Of a DNA stretch of 64,000 bases, positions 33,991 to 47,850 are shown one piece after another. Positions within the stretch are counted from its first letter, which is position 1, and the number at the start of each line of letters is the position of its first letter. A program made the position numbers and the translations under genes. The notes beneath the pieces are model-generated. The model was given only the letters and a program-made list of their open reading frames with translations. It did not search any database and had not been told where the DNA came from. Origin of the DNA: Lama guanicoe (taxonomy: Eukaryota). The stretch spans positions 819,590-883,589 of the forward strand of contig MU053911.1 in assembly GCA_013239625.1 (NCBI GenBank), given 5' to 3'.

Positions 33991-36824
33991 TCTTTTGAAA
34001 GCACTGGGACTGGAACAAAGTATGTGCCCAGTACCGGAGACACGTGGACAAACCCACAAACGACTGAGCGGATTACAGATGCTCAGCTCGTGCCGAAAGG
34101 AAAGTGCTCACGCGAGTGCAAAACCGGACCCTTGCTTGCAGGACGCAGATGAGAAAACAGCACGCACTCTCCTCGGAGAGCTTGCGAACCTCACATGCAT
34201 TTAACAAGCGGGAAGTGAAGGGAGAGAGAGAGGAAACAGTCACGCAGAGGAAACGGGAAAGGCAGGACTGGAAGTAGCTGTTTCCTGCATTGGTCCATTA
34301 GACGGTGGCTCTGAGCGTGCCTCCTCCGAGTGGCCACCCCACAGTCTTAAGTTCCTGACGTCCCGGGCGTGCGTCCTCTTCTCCCTCATCCATGTCCCTG
34401 CCGTTTAAGGACCCTTCTTCCCGATGAAGAGGTGCTTCGGGTTCCCCTCGCTCTGCTGCTTGAGGGGAGCTGCTGATCGGGGGATTGAGGAAGGGTTCTG
34501 AGAGTACCAGGTATGGGGGACAAGGTGGGACCGTGCAGCTGCAAAACAGGAGGCAGCAGACGTCTGTTCATGGGGCCGTCACAGCAACACCTGCTCGTGG
34601 GGTCATCGGAACAATCGATTCCGGCTTCAGAAAACAGGGCGGCCACAAGCACACCAGGTGCAAAATGAGCCCAGGTGAGGAAACGAAAGCTACCAGCTGG
34701 GAATCCCTGTGAAAACCAGATAATTGGATAGCTCTGCCACCCTCACTTTGTGGCAAGACAAACCTGCAGTGACCTGATAGCCTGAGAAAGGATTTCCCGA
34801 GGCTTGAGCTCATGAATCAACGACAAACCCCAGCAGAGGCTAAGGGAGATCGTTGTTCAGGCTGATGGTGTGTTTCCTCTGCTGGACACGGCTACCAAAT
34901 TCTAGAAAGTGTAAGGAAGCAAAGAGGCCGCTGCAGAACATAGAGGTAGGTCTCCAAGTGAGTTTAGCTGGCCGTTTCTTCCGTTTTCTACCCAGAGTGG
35001 GTGTACCCCATTCGAGGAACCACCAAAGGCACTGCTTGGCGGTCTGCAGCGAGAGTGACAGGCGTGACCTAAAGCTTCAGCCGACAGAGTTGCCTGCATT
35101 CAACAGCGTATCTGTGGCAACATCTTAGGGCCACGACCGGTCACCACCGTCCCACCTTCCCCAAGCCACTCTGATCAAACTTTCCTCTGGTGGCTGAGGC
35201 AGGTATGAAGTACCTGGAGTCAGTTAATTGCATGCCTCTGTAATGCACACAGGTTGCTGTCTGTCCTGGGGGGGGCGGGTGTCTTATCGAGTGCCTCCCA
35301 GCTGCTCACCGCCACTTCCCGGCCTTGATCTGACCCGACAACTCTTCCTGGTGGAAGAGATTTCTGTTCTTCTCTTGTCCAAAAGTCGTTTCTCTCCATC
35401 TGGCCCCAGTGAGCAATTTACGTCCCTTCACTGTCCCCTTCCCCGCATCATATTCCCAAGAGAATGGGAATTCTAGCCGGAAGCTTCCAGAACCCATACT
35501 GCTGAGAGATGGCACCGCTAAATGGTTGAGGGGGTCATTTTGTCCCTGGAGCACGCAACACTTTTACTAAATGAAAATCCTTTCCCCCATCTGCCTTTTT
35601 TTTCCCATAATAGTAATTCTTTATTCATGAGGTCTTTTCATTTCCATGAAAAACACTGAGGTCATTTTAGTTTTTAATTACAGTAGCATTTATAGTTGTA
35701 TCGATTTTAACTCTGTAGAAGTAAGCACTGGCCAGACCTTTCCCCGCCCGTTTCTACTCTAAAAAATATTAAGGAGGAAAAGATGGTTTAAAATGGTCAT
35801 GAATTTCAGTTAGTAACAACCGTTAGCTGTAGATTAATTCTCATTTCACCTAAACCTGCCCTGAATTTTACATCCAGTTAATTCGCCTATTTTTGTCTAC
35901 ACCCTCTGGCTAAAGGTATTTTCGCAGGAAGGAAACTACGACAGGAAACTTGATGTGGATGCTGGCAGCATAAGAAGCGTGGAATGGACGTGAAGTTGCT
36001 GTGAAGTAACTGAAGCTGAGAGAACTAGTTTTGCTACTTGACTGAGTAAACCGGGCGAGCCGCTTCATTGCCCAGCCCGCGACGTCTTGCTTTCCGGTTG
36101 TTGTTGAGGTGTGGTTGATCTACAACGTGGTGTTAGTTTCAGGTGTACAGCACAGGGTTCCACACATCAGTGTGCACACCGTGCTCTTCTTCAGACCCTT
36201 TCCCCTGGGCTCCTTTCTTCAGTCGCTTCATTCTTATCTTCAACCCTCTGCTTTCTGGTCCTTACTGTTCTCTATCCAGAATCATTACGTCTGTTCTACA
36301 TGGAAAGTCACCCCCTGCTTCCCCGCAAAAGCTGTCAGACAGGAGAGGAAGTGACAGATTTCTCACCTACTACCAAGAAGGGGAAGGCGCTGAGGCCAAA
36401 ATGAATCAGCACCTAAATGAGTCATGAGTGTCCGCGTTCCACCTGTAAATTCAGCCGCGTGCCTCACCCATTTGCCTTGGTTTCCTCTTCCTCCACGGGC
36501 CCCAGGAAGGAGACCATTTACTGCCCTGACGTAGGGCTCTGTTACACGGTCACTCCATTTCCCAAGGGTCTTACTTCGACCCTGTCTGGCGGTGAAGGGC
36601 CCTGACTGCACTCAGGCAACGCGGCAATGAATGGGTCGCTTATCGAAGTCTGCTCTCTCCTCCTCGTGGTCTCCGGAGGAGCTGTTACTTGGCATCGCTT
36701 CCTACAGTTGCTCCATTAAGGGGGTGTCACCAGGTCAACCACAAGGACCCTCACCTCTGAGAAAATGGCATGTTGTCATTACACAACTGGCATTTACAGA
36801 AACCATCAACACGGCAAAATAGGG

Positions 36825-37235
36825 CATGGCTGTGTGGACAGCAAACAAACAGGAGTCAGGAGTCTGGGAGAGGTGGGTCTGAATCTCTGCACCTCTTCTA
36901 GCAGCCTGTTTCCTCACCTGGAAAATGGGAAAACAGCAGTATTTCCCTCACAGAGTCACTGCAAGGATGAAGAATGCACCTTGCACACAGTGCGCTTCCT
37001 GGCATCTCGCTTGTGTTTATAGGTAGCTTCCCAGCTTTACAGTTTTACGAGTTAGCCCGCCTACCCTGGCAGCATCGAGATGAGGCAGGTGAGGGAGCTT
37101 GACTGTCACCCCCATTTCACAAAACAGTGAAATTGGATCAGACGGATGAGCTGATCTGCACCTGCTCACGAAGCAGGTGGCGGAGCCGGCACTGAACCCC
37201 AGGGTCCCGGGGCCTCCGAGATGCACGCTCACTCT
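36825..37235. mobile_element. Two MIR remnants in opposite orientation
   Basis: GGAGTCAGGAGTCTGGG...CCTGTTTCCTCACCTGGAAAATGGG (+) and CCCCATTTCACAAAACAGTGAAATTGGATCAGA...ACTGAACCCCAGG (-). Confidence 0.55.
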
Positions 37236-38761
37236 CATAGTGTGTCAGACTGTCGTGTTGATAGAAACCTCTTTTATGACTCACATAAAAGGATTCTACT
37301 TGGTTCTAGCACCGACCACATGAAGCAGGTGGGCTAGACGTTGCTTTGCAAGTTGACAAATGAAGGCAGTAGAGCGGCAGGGACCCAGTGGGCGGCCTCT
37401 CACCCAGTTACCCGCCCAGGGAACCAGCCCGCAGCTCTGCCCCGAGAAACAAAGTCCTTCTTGAACCAGCACAGAATCTGGTGTTTCAGTTAGTTATCCC
37501 TGCCCTAAAGACCTTCAAAAATTAACGATTTTCAGTCTACAGAAGGCAATTCCAGCAAGTCCCTCCCGGAATTTCTTAAGGGGCCCTTTGTGAGCAAAGG
37601 TGGGGAGGACAAGCTGCCTAATAAACGCAGTCTGGAGACGCCACCTGGTCTCGGCTCCGCTTTGCAGACACTGGAGGTGGAGGCGACGGCGGAGGCGCAG
37701 GGAGGGTGCGCACTGGCCCCGGGCCACCTGCGCGGCAGCGCGGGAGGGTCCCCGACGACCCTTTGCAGACCCAGCCGGGCAGGGCCGCCCCCGCCCGGGA
37801 GAGGAGACGCTGTGGCGCCGTGGGAGCGCTGGTAATTCTGCAACCAGCAGATGGAAGGGCAGAGAGAGATCACCAGGAACCCTCTCATTGGAGGTATCTC
37901 TAATTTGTGCAATTATGTAAATGCATGATGCAGCCCTCCTGGAACCGTGTGGCTGCCTGACAAGGCCGGCTTGGACGCTGGCTGGTATTTAGTGGAAGGC
38001 TGGGGGCCCGGGGGCTGGGGGATGGGGTCAGAGGAGAGGGCCTTATTCAATTCAAATATTTCATACTTTTGGAATCTTTTATTTCTGCTTCATTTTCTAA
38101 ATCTTAGACTGAATCAGAATGAGACTTTAGCTGTGTGCTACCATCCAGTTTTACAATAAATTTTATAGGGACTGACAGTCTCTAAATAGAGTTATTTCTA
38201 TGTGACAAGCAAGATCAAAGAAGGCGAGTGGGTGATTCGACAATAATGGGGAGGGGGCAGACTGCACACCCGCGGTGCGGGTGCTGGGGGAGGGGGAGCT
38301 GGTGCCGGACCCGTGGGAACCACACCAGCTCTTGGCCGCTGTGCAGATGAAATACAGATCAATTACTCTCATTTCTCAAGTGACTGTGGTAAAATGTCCA
38401 ATTGAAATTAATGTATAGACTAGTAATGATCTTTGTATTCACTTTGACATAACAGTGACTAGTATTTGAAAGTGCCTTGGCTTGAGACTCCTTTTGTTTT
38501 GTCTTCCAGAAGCGTCAGAACTGGCTTTGATGGTCAAGTAAGGGCTCACCTCTGGTGAAAAGTATCCATCACGTCTGGCTCAGTCACCAGCGATGCCGCG
38601 CCTGCAGCCAGCACTGCCTTAGACTCCCAGTTATCTGACACCATTCGTTTCCTTTGTTTAAGTCAGTTTGGGGCAAAAGCATCCCTGGACATAATGAGGG
38701 AAAGAACGGAACCAAAGAGCATAACAGACAAGCACCTTTGTCTGAGCCTTAAATAGAAAAA

Positions 38762-39520
38762 CACTGCTGGTGGGAATGCAGTTTGGTGCAGCCACTGTGG
38801 AAAACAGTATGGCAATTCCTCAAAAGACTAGGAATACACTGACCATATGACCCAGGAATCCCACTCCTGGGCATGTATCCAGAAGGAACCCTACTTCAAA
38901 ATGACACTTGCACCCCAATGTTCATAGCCGCACTATTTACAACAGCCAAGGCATGGAAACAACCTAAATGTCCATCAACAGATGACTGGATAAAGAAGAT
39001 GTGGTATATTTATACAATGGAATACTACTCAGCCATAAAACTGACAACATAACGCCATTTGCAGCAACATGGATATTCCTGGAGAATGTCATTCTAAGTG
39101 AAGTAAGCCAGAAAGAGAAAGAAAAATACCATATGAGATCGCTCATATGTGGAATCTAAAAAAAAAAAACATAAATACAAAACAGAAACAGACTCATAGA
39201 CAAAGAATACAAACTGGAGGTTGCCAAGGGGGTAGGGGGTGGGAAGGGACAGACTGGGATTTCAAAATGTAGAATAGATAAACAAGATTGTACTGCGTAG
39301 CACAGGGAAATATATACAAGATCTTGTGGTAGCTCACAGAGAAAAAAATGTGACAATGAACGTATGTATGTTCATGTATAACTAAAAAATGTGCTCTACA
39401 CTGGAAATTGACACAACATTGTAAAATAACTATAACTCAATAAAAAAAAGTTAAATAAATAAATAAAACTGTTCTAAAAAAGAAAACAAGAAAGCAAGAA
39501 AGAAAGAAAAGGAAAAAGAG
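38762..39520 (+). mobile_element. Relatively young 5'-truncated LINE-1 3' end
   Basis: Well-preserved ORF2 end (CACTGCTGGTGGGAATGCAGTTTGGTGCAGCCACTGTGGAAAACAG...), 3' UTR, AATAAA and A-rich tail. Confidence 0.95.
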
Positions 39521-39779
39521 ACTGAGAGAGCCAACGCCTTAACTCACACAACTGGCGGTGACAGCAGGGGTGGGGCCAGGGGGCAAATGCTTGGTGCTTG
39601 GTCTCCACATGTTTGCACGAGCAGTAAGTATGGATTACCCCACCAGCCAGCCAGGCGAAGACCAAAAGGATGAGTAGAAATCATCACTTGTCTAAACACC
39701 CAGATAAACCGTGCCAAGTGTGTGGGGACACACACAGGCGGGGAGGGTGATGTGTACTCTGTGAAGGGAAAAAAGCAGA

Positions 39780-40330
39780 TCAAGATATTTTAGTAATCAT
39801 GAACGTATATGCATCTGACCATATAGCTTATCAGGGATTTAACACCCTCCTCTCAGAAAGCGATAAATCAAACTGTCGAAAATTAGCAACCACAGAAGCT
39901 GTAACAGCATGAAGAGAAACATTAGGTATATGTAGAGACTTACACCATCTAATATAAAAATAGTTTTGTTCAGGCATACATGTAATATTTACAGAAGCTG
40001 AACAGGTACAGACCACATAACAGTCTTCAATAAATCATTGGAAAAACCAGTATCTTGAGGTCTGCTTGCTTATCACAATGAAACAAAAGTGAAAATAAGT
40101 GACAAAAATGTTAGCTAAAAATAGTCCGTATGTCTGGAGACAAAAACACCATTAAATACATCTGATCTGAAGAAGAAATTATACAAAATTTTAAAATACT
40201 AAGAAGCAAACAAGAAAAAGTGCTTCTCAATCTGTACGTAGTAGAACAAATGCAGTGCTCAAGAGGAAGTTTATAATTACAAATATATTTGTCAGAAAAG
40301 AAGAGAGAGAAAAAATAAATCACGAAAGTC
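39780..40330 (+). mobile_element. Ancient LINE-1 ORF2 endonuclease-region remnant
   Basis: ATCATGAACGTATATGCATCTG, GGGATTTAACACCCTCCTCTCAG (DFNT-LS-like motif), A-rich strand bias. Confidence 0.65.
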
Positions 40331-43300
40331 TCTAAGGGTCCATGTAATTGTCAGGCGTGTTTGTACAGAAAGCTTTTCCCTGTGGCTTTAATTCAATGCA
40401 GGGAGACTTAAGAAGACACACTACCTTCTTAACTTCTCCTTATCGAAGATCTCAGTTTTATGTTCTCCTAGGGACTGGCAGGTTCATGTTCCTGGGAGTA
40501 TTTATTCTCCATGTTCTATCAAGACTCGGAGGGATGACTCACGTCGCTGGCACCGCACTGCCGTCCGCAACAAGGCACCGGCTGTAAGATTCAGGACCAG
40601 CCCCTCAGCTGCCACGTGCAGGGCTCCGGAGGATTCCTGGCCCCCAAGCATCCGTGCCAGGAACCTTTGTGAAGCTGCCTTCTTCCCAGGGAGCCCCACA
40701 CGAGCAAGACCTACACGGACTCGTCAGGCCTTTCTCGTCTCTGGGCCCAAAGCCGGTCCCCTCATTCTTTTCCAAATACTGATTGGGAAATACTGAGAAC
40801 CAGCCCAGTAAGCCATCGAATGACCACCTGAGTGAAACTGACACCTGTTTCTGACAATTAAAAAATATTTATTTATATTTTTGCTTTATATTGATAAAGC
40901 AGAACTAAATGCTCTGAATGTATCTATATGCACACATATATATACACATATAAATAAGAGTGAAAGAGAACATTTAGTCCTTTTTTGCTCTAAGTTCTAA
41001 GGATACAGGAAAAAACCAAAATGACAATTATCCCCGCCCTGGGACCTTACAGTTCAGTGGGGGAAGATGAGGCAACTAGCAAAATATGTACCACATGGTA
41101 CCATGGTGCTGCGGAGAAAGGAGAGCCAGCAACGGACGAGGCAGGTGAACGGTGGGAGAGAGATGGGCGGCGATGATGAAGGACAGATCTGGAGCTGCGG
41201 TGGACTGCGGTCAGGAAAGAAGGCCACGTCACCCTTCTCCAGTCAACCAACACCAGACCCTCTGTCACGGGAGACCCCCCTTCCTTCATCCTTGCCCCAT
41301 CCAAGCCACCACCAACTTCTTTGTAAGTTCGTTCATCCCCTGTCTTGTAACCCATTTCTCCTCCCCATCCCCCACATATGTATGTCCCCGTCCTCTCTCC
41401 TCCCACCAAGACCCAGCTCACACCTCTCCCCTTCCAGGCAGCCTTCCAGGATGCCTACCTGGCTTCTGCACCCCATCTCATTTACTATCAGCAATGCTCT
41501 TAAAGCCCTTAGCCCTGACTGTGGCCAACTCTTGGCTGTTTAAGTACAAAGGGAAATCGCAATGATTACGCTTTGGGGATGACACTTTCTCTATATCACA
41601 GAACATGAGTGATAAGAAAAAAGTATAGTGAGTGTTGATGCTGTGCTGCAAAGACCCATAACCGGCCTGCCAAAATGCTCCTGGAAATCTGAGGGGTTTC
41701 ACTGCGTTGCTTCTGAAGCCCCAGCCTCCACATTCCAGCAATGGGAATGAACAATCCCTGCTTCGTGGCACTGCTGGGAGGACTGAGCAGAGCTAAGTCC
41801 TCGGCATGTGCTTGGAACACAGCAAGCCAGTTGGTGTTCACAGCCACCATCACTTGAGAGGTGAGGCTTCTCTTCTGCCTCCCCTCCTGATGACCCTCCC
41901 CCTCCCCCCGCCCACCCCGGTCCGATTTCCAATTCCCAGAGCTACCTGCCTCCCACCTCCCTCCCGGCATCAGTTTAAAAAGCAAGCCCACTGTGACTCA
42001 TTCAGACCTGCCTGGTATCTCGAGGCTCATGTCCATGTGTCACCTCAGCCAGCATTTGCATCTCACAGCTTCTAAGTGTGGGAAAGCTCCCAGGCTCACA
42101 GGTAGGTTGGGAGAAAGGTGGGCAGGTAAAGGAGTTTCAGAGCGAAGTTCTCCCTCCTGCTTCCCCACGGTGGACAGCGAGGAGCTCGCCCAGCTGCTGC
42201 CGTGGACAGCTGCCTTTGTGGTCAAGGACGTTCTCCGAATCTCACATCCAGCCCCTGAGAGCCCTCCCTGCCCCGTCCTGTCAGGAGTCCACTGTGTGCA
42301 GCTGCACCCCCGCAGCTAGCCAGGGGGTTCTGGGGACCAAGGAGACAGGCCCCCCCCCCGAGGACACCACAGATGACCACAAGAGCGCCTCGTGGGAGGC
42401 TCTGTAAACGGCATCCCAGTCTCCTCTGCATGTAAGCTTCTCACCATAAATGAATGTCCAGCATCAAATGTCAACCCCGTTTTTGGTGTGAATTTGGGTA
42501 GCTTGAACCCAGGATTCAGGAGCTGGTAATTCCCAGGGCAGATAACTGCCAAATGCATCTCTGAGTCTGCCAAGTTAGAGCCAGAGCCCAGAGGGAGCGC
42601 CAGGGGCTCCAGCAAAGAGCAGCCCGTCCGGCCCTGACCCCACGTTCTTACGACAGTAGGAGGATGCAGAAATACCTGTGACTCCTCACGGGACCGGGCC
42701 TCCTAGCCCCTCTGAGTACAAGTTCCTTGAGGGAAGACTGCTTCCGACGGCCCGTGATTCCATCAGACCTGAGCGCCTCGTACACAGCTCGGGCTTCCTC
42801 CCGCGGATTAATCAGAAGGATGCAACAGCAGAGTTCTCCACACTCCACATCCCGTCTGACGGTGTTCGTGGGTGGGCCCCCAAGGTGGGGGGTGCCGTTT
42901 CAAGGTGTCTAGCTTCAGTTTAGCTTTGTGTCCTACACGTGATGGCAGGAAACTGGGCAGTGCCACCCCGTGCTGACGGGAGGGAATCCCAGCGCTAACA
43001 ACAGCCAGAACACAGGCAGGAGAGGTGGGAACTGCCGTGTGGTGTCTTGCTGAAAGGGACAAGACTCGTAAAATGTTTCCACCACTTATTCAAGATTTTC
43101 CTTGTAAATCACTGGCTGGAGGCGTGAGATTGTAAATCATTTCCAGTGACGCCAGCTGCCACAGACCCTGGGCTGACAAGGCCGAGGCTCCGAGTGAGCA
43201 GCTCCACCCTCCGCGGAGCTGCTGCTGGTGGGTCTGATTCCCGGGGAACACCACTAATAAATGGGTCCCACCTACGTGGGGACGAAAAGAAAATGCTTAG

Positions 43301-45559
43301 TGAAGAAGAAAACTTGTTTTTGTAGAAAAACCACCTGAGCGGTAGAATTTCTTGCTTTGTTCTAGTGGCTTTAGGGATGGGCTGTAACAAGCGCCAAGCA
43401 GCAGGCAGGCTGCCTCGTTAGCCTCGGCGGCATCTGCTCGCACACCTGTTCCTGCTCGTTAACCCTTCCCGTCAGATGGTGTTTCCCTATCTTTGGGAGG
43501 AGGCATTCTCTCCTCTCCTGGGTAATGACTGCGCAGGGTATGCAGCTGAAGACGGTCCCCCTCGGGGTGCACCCAGCAATCAGACAGGGTCCGACGGTCC
43601 AGGCCGCACGGGAGGATGTGGGCCCCTGGTCCACAGCACCTGGGGCAGAAACCCTTCCCCCAGCCCTGTGCTCTCTCCTCACCTTATAAAATACACTCTC
43701 ATCGCAGGCATGTTTGCAGACAGACAACGTTCCTGTTATTTCATTTTCTCCCTGAACTCCTAACCCGCTGTGACAGTAATCGTGCTTAGCAGAGTGTCCA
43801 GATTCACTGGGGTTGGAAGGTTTCAAACAACGGATGCGGCCTAATAAATCCTCACACCAGAGTGATCGGACTGCGACACAGATTCTCAGGGGCTCACAGC
43901 CCCTCTCACGATGCCCGGAGAGGGTACAGGTGCAGTCAGGGTCGTCCCTCGACAGCTTCTCCCAGACCCCTCCCCGCGGTCAGGAGAGACACACGTTCCA
44001 GGGCAGCGTCGGGGCAGATGCGCTGACCCACGCCTAAACGGTGTGGTTATTTGCTTTTATTGTATTGTATTGTATTGTACTGTATTTGCTATTAAGCCAG
44101 TTACCCAGATTTCATGAGAAAAGTAATTAGATCTTTTTTACTCTAAGATGCTCCCCAGTTTAACTCAGCAAAGCCAGTTCAAAGCCAGGGAGCGACCTGG
44201 AAGACCTGGGGGGAGGGACACTTTGCGGGGCGCTGCTCCCGAGACACACACTGGTCCCGTGACTTTGGTCAGCTCCCTAAACTAAGTTTTCTTTCAAAGC
44301 TGAGGTGAGAGCAGGTGCCCTGGTGTCCCCTGGGGCCCCTCCGAGGGTCCCAGGAGACGGGAGCGTGTGGCGGGGCTTTGTAAGTATAAGTTACTCCCCG
44401 GGGAAAGGGTTGTTTCTTGGTCCATTTACAACCGGTAAAGATTTGGGATTTTGTAGTAAAGGAGAGGGGCCATGGTAATGCCAGGTTTTTGTGCTGATTT
44501 TTCTCTGTCTTAGCTCACCCTGTCTCGGGGTCTACAGGTGGATACAAAGCATCCAGGGTCCTTCGCTGCCACAGTTGAACTTACCTGGACCCGCCTGCCT
44601 CCGCGTTTCCCTCCTCGCCGTGTGGGCAGCCCTAGCTGCTGCGAAGCCCTGGGTGCAGACGGAGGCTACGCCCCGTAAGTTTCCTTAGGAGAACGTCTGA
44701 ATAGGGAATCGTGTATCGTGCTGAAAGAATGAGAAATTGTCCAGTACAGATTTTCCAAACAGGAGGCCTTCTGGCTCTAGAAAGAGTGAGATGGGAGAAG
44801 GGCCCCCAGGGGGTCTCTTTTCCTGCACATCTGGACAGAGACCCTCTTCCACCTTATTTGATGAAAAACTCCTTAAGGTCCTAGCAGCTCACGCAAGTCA
44901 GTCAGCAAGCTTCTTTTTCTTTCCCCTGCTGTCTGCCTGGTCCAACTCAAGGTCACCTCACCTGGACTATGAAAGAGACTTACGACCTGCCTGCCTGCCA
45001 GCCATGCCCTCAAACTGGGTTTCACAAGAAGAAGACAGCTGTTTATAACATAATTCTATCTGTGTCGTTCCCTAATTAAGACCCATTGATAAGCACTCCC
45101 CCCTCCAACCAAATGCGGAGCAAAAATAGATAAAATAGAAAAGCAGAAACTAAAGGTGTTAATGAGGCTCAAAAATCAAGACAAATCTCTCCGTGAACCA
45201 GAAACAGAAGACAAACAGAAGGCACTGGGCTCTGAGCCCATTCTGGAAGGAGGCGGTCTGCATTTTGATTCCCGTGGAGCCAAGAGGATAAAATTACCCG
45301 ACTCAGGAGTGGGGATCCTGGCTAGTGTCCGTCACCTGCTCCCACTCCCAGCACCCACTCATACAGGAAACCAAAAGCTTTAGCTAACCCTCCCTGGGGG
45401 GCAGGTTTTCAACAGGATTCCAGCCCAGGAAGGAGACAGAAGCGCAGTCTCCCATCAAGTCTGGAGGCAGGTCCCAGCACCCCCAGTCCACGGCGGGACA
45501 GAGGCTCAGGGAGCCCCGAGCAGCTGGGCAGAGGCGGCCACAAAGCCAGCGGCCGAGGA

Positions 45560-47410
45560 GGAGTGAGCACAAAAGGAAACAGAAAAAGAAAAACAAAAGC
45601 AAAAGCCTCCCGCTCAAAATAAGCCAGCAAAGCAAAATTCCAAAACAGAGGGAGAAATCTAACACCGAGAAAGACAGCCAAGAAAATCAACATGCAAAAC
45701 ATGCATGTGCCCCCAAGGAAATTAAGCTTGTGGAACCGTCTGGCAAAATTTTAAAATAGGTATGTTTGGTTGCCCAGCGAGATAAATGAATAGCTTCCAT
45801 TTTAAAAGACTGAGAAAATTTAAAATAAAAAGATTTGTTTTTAATAAACTTAAATTTTTTTTCTGAGTACTTTTGGTTTTCTAATTTTTTGTTTATTTAT
45901 TTATTTTTGCTTGTTTAGGGGGAGGAGATAATTAGGTTTTATTTATTTGTTTGTTTGTTTACTGGAGGTACTGAGAATTGAACTCAGGACCTCATGCATG
46001 CTAAGCAAACACTCTACCACTAAGCTATACCCTCCCCCAAATACATTTTAAATAAATATTTTTATAATTTAAATAAATAAATTTTAACTAATTTTAAATA
46101 AATTTTTTAAAAATAATGATAAAAGTATTGCATTTAAGAACTCAGTAGATGATAGACGCCCAGACCTGACACATGGAGAGAAGTCTTGCATCGCAAGGAA
46201 CGTGTCCGAGTGCAGTAAAGAGAAGGGATGGGGGCCTCATCGCAAGAGGAGTCCTCAGACAAGGAAGGAGATGCACAATTCAAAATTAAAACTGTATATT
46301 TCAGACACATCTGATGAATCTTCAGATGGAAAGTATATGCCAGTTAACAATCAGAATAATAATGGTGAAGTCATTCCAAGACTTATCATAGTGAAACTGC
46401 AGGACGGGACAAGTAACAAGAAAAGGTTTATAGCTACCAGAGAGAAACAGATTGTCTACAAAGGAACCACAGTGAGAAAGACAGTGGAACTTCTTATCAG
46501 CAACAATAGATGACAGGAGACAATGGAATTTTATCTTCCACTTGATGAGAAAAGTTAGTAACTCTCAACCTCAAATTTCATGTACAGATAAACTATAATT
46601 CAAGATCCAAGGGGAAAATATGTGTTCAGCTATAGGAAAATTCACAGACCCTCACACACACACACACACAAAATACTAAACAATTAACTCAGGCAAAAGA
46701 AAAGTGAACCCAGAGAATATATATAGGATTTTAAAAGTAAAGATGATCAAAGAAAAGATAAAATGTTTTGGTAGATTTATTTTAACCATTAACTGAAAAA
46801 TGCCAACTTCAAAAAAAAAACCAAAACACTAGAAACAAAGATAAGATGGATGGTTGATGTGAACTAAGGTCCATGTCATATTCAAGGGTGGGACAGAAAT
46901 ACTCTGTTTGAAAAATTTACAGCTAAGGATGTTGATTTAAAAGTTAAGAATAACTGACTTAAAAATGGAAATGCAAATGTGTAGCTTCCAAATCAGTTAA
47001 GGTTAAAAGGGGGAATCTAGAAAACTCTATCAATCCAATAGAGAGTGGAAAAGGAAGAAAAAGCTGATAAAGAGCGTGGTATAAAGAAAATTCAAAATAG
47101 GTTTATAAAATTCATAATTACAATAAATGTAAAAGGATTCACTCATCTGTTAAAAGACAGAGATCATCTGATTTACTTAAAAGGTAACTCCTGCCATACG
47201 CTACCTGCAAGAGTTCATCTAAAACAAAAGACTCTGAAGGTTAAAAATAAAGGGATAAATAATATGCCATGCAAATGTATTTTTTTTAAAAACAAGTCTA
47301 TTGTAGCAACTTTAATACCAAGAAAAATAAATTAAGAAAAAATAAAGAGGGATAGAAAGGAGTACAATTCTATATAATTCTGCACCCGAAGAACTGAGAA
47401 CACATATTCT
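45560..47410 (+). mobile_element. Ancient LINE-1 ORF1 and ORF2 start, decayed
   Basis: IPRLIIVKLQ...ATREKQIVYKGTTVRKTVEL resembles L1 ORF1p (PRHIIV...AREK..VTYKG..IRLTAD); ITINVKGF..LLKDR resembles the ORF2p N-terminus. Confidence 0.7.
45855..46038 (-). mobile_element. vic-1-like SINE
   Basis: Reverse complement GGGGGAGGGTATAGCTTAGTGGTAGAGTGTTTGCTTAGCATGCATGAGGTCCTGAGTTCAATTCTCAGTACCTCCA. Confidence 0.9.
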
Positions 47411-47414
47411 TGAG

Positions 47415-47850
47415 TGAAATCCTGCCCTTTGCAGTAACAAGGATGGACCTGTAAGGCATTGTGCTAGGTGAAATGGGTCAGACAGGGAAAGACAAGCGCT
47501 GTATGACATCACTTATGTGTGGGATCTAAAAACATACAACAAACGAATGAATACAACAAAAAGGAAGCAGACTAACAGATATAGAAAACAAACTAGTGGT
47601 TACCAGTGGAGAGAGGGGAGGATGAGTACGGGGGAGGGGCTAAGAGGTACAAAATAACAGGTATAAACTAAGCTACAAGGATGTACGACGTAGGGAATAC
47701 AGCCAATATTTTATAATAACTGTAAATGGAGTCTAACCTTTAAAACCTGTGAATCACTGTAGTGACTATGTGTGAATCACAGTAGTACACCTTTAACGTA
47801 TCATATTGTATATTGATTATGCTTCAATAAAAAATTTTCAAAAAATAAAC
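47415..47850 (+). mobile_element. Younger LINE-1 3' end nested in older L1 sequence
   Basis: GAAATCCTGCCCTTTGCAGTAACAAGGATGGACCTG...ACTAGTGGTTACCAGTGGAGAGAGG...CTTCAATAAAAAA. Confidence 0.85.

Noticed and set aside
46202..47335. ORFs resembling a nucleic-acid-binding protein and an endonuclease
   Set aside because: Decayed LINE-1 ORF1/ORF2 remnants
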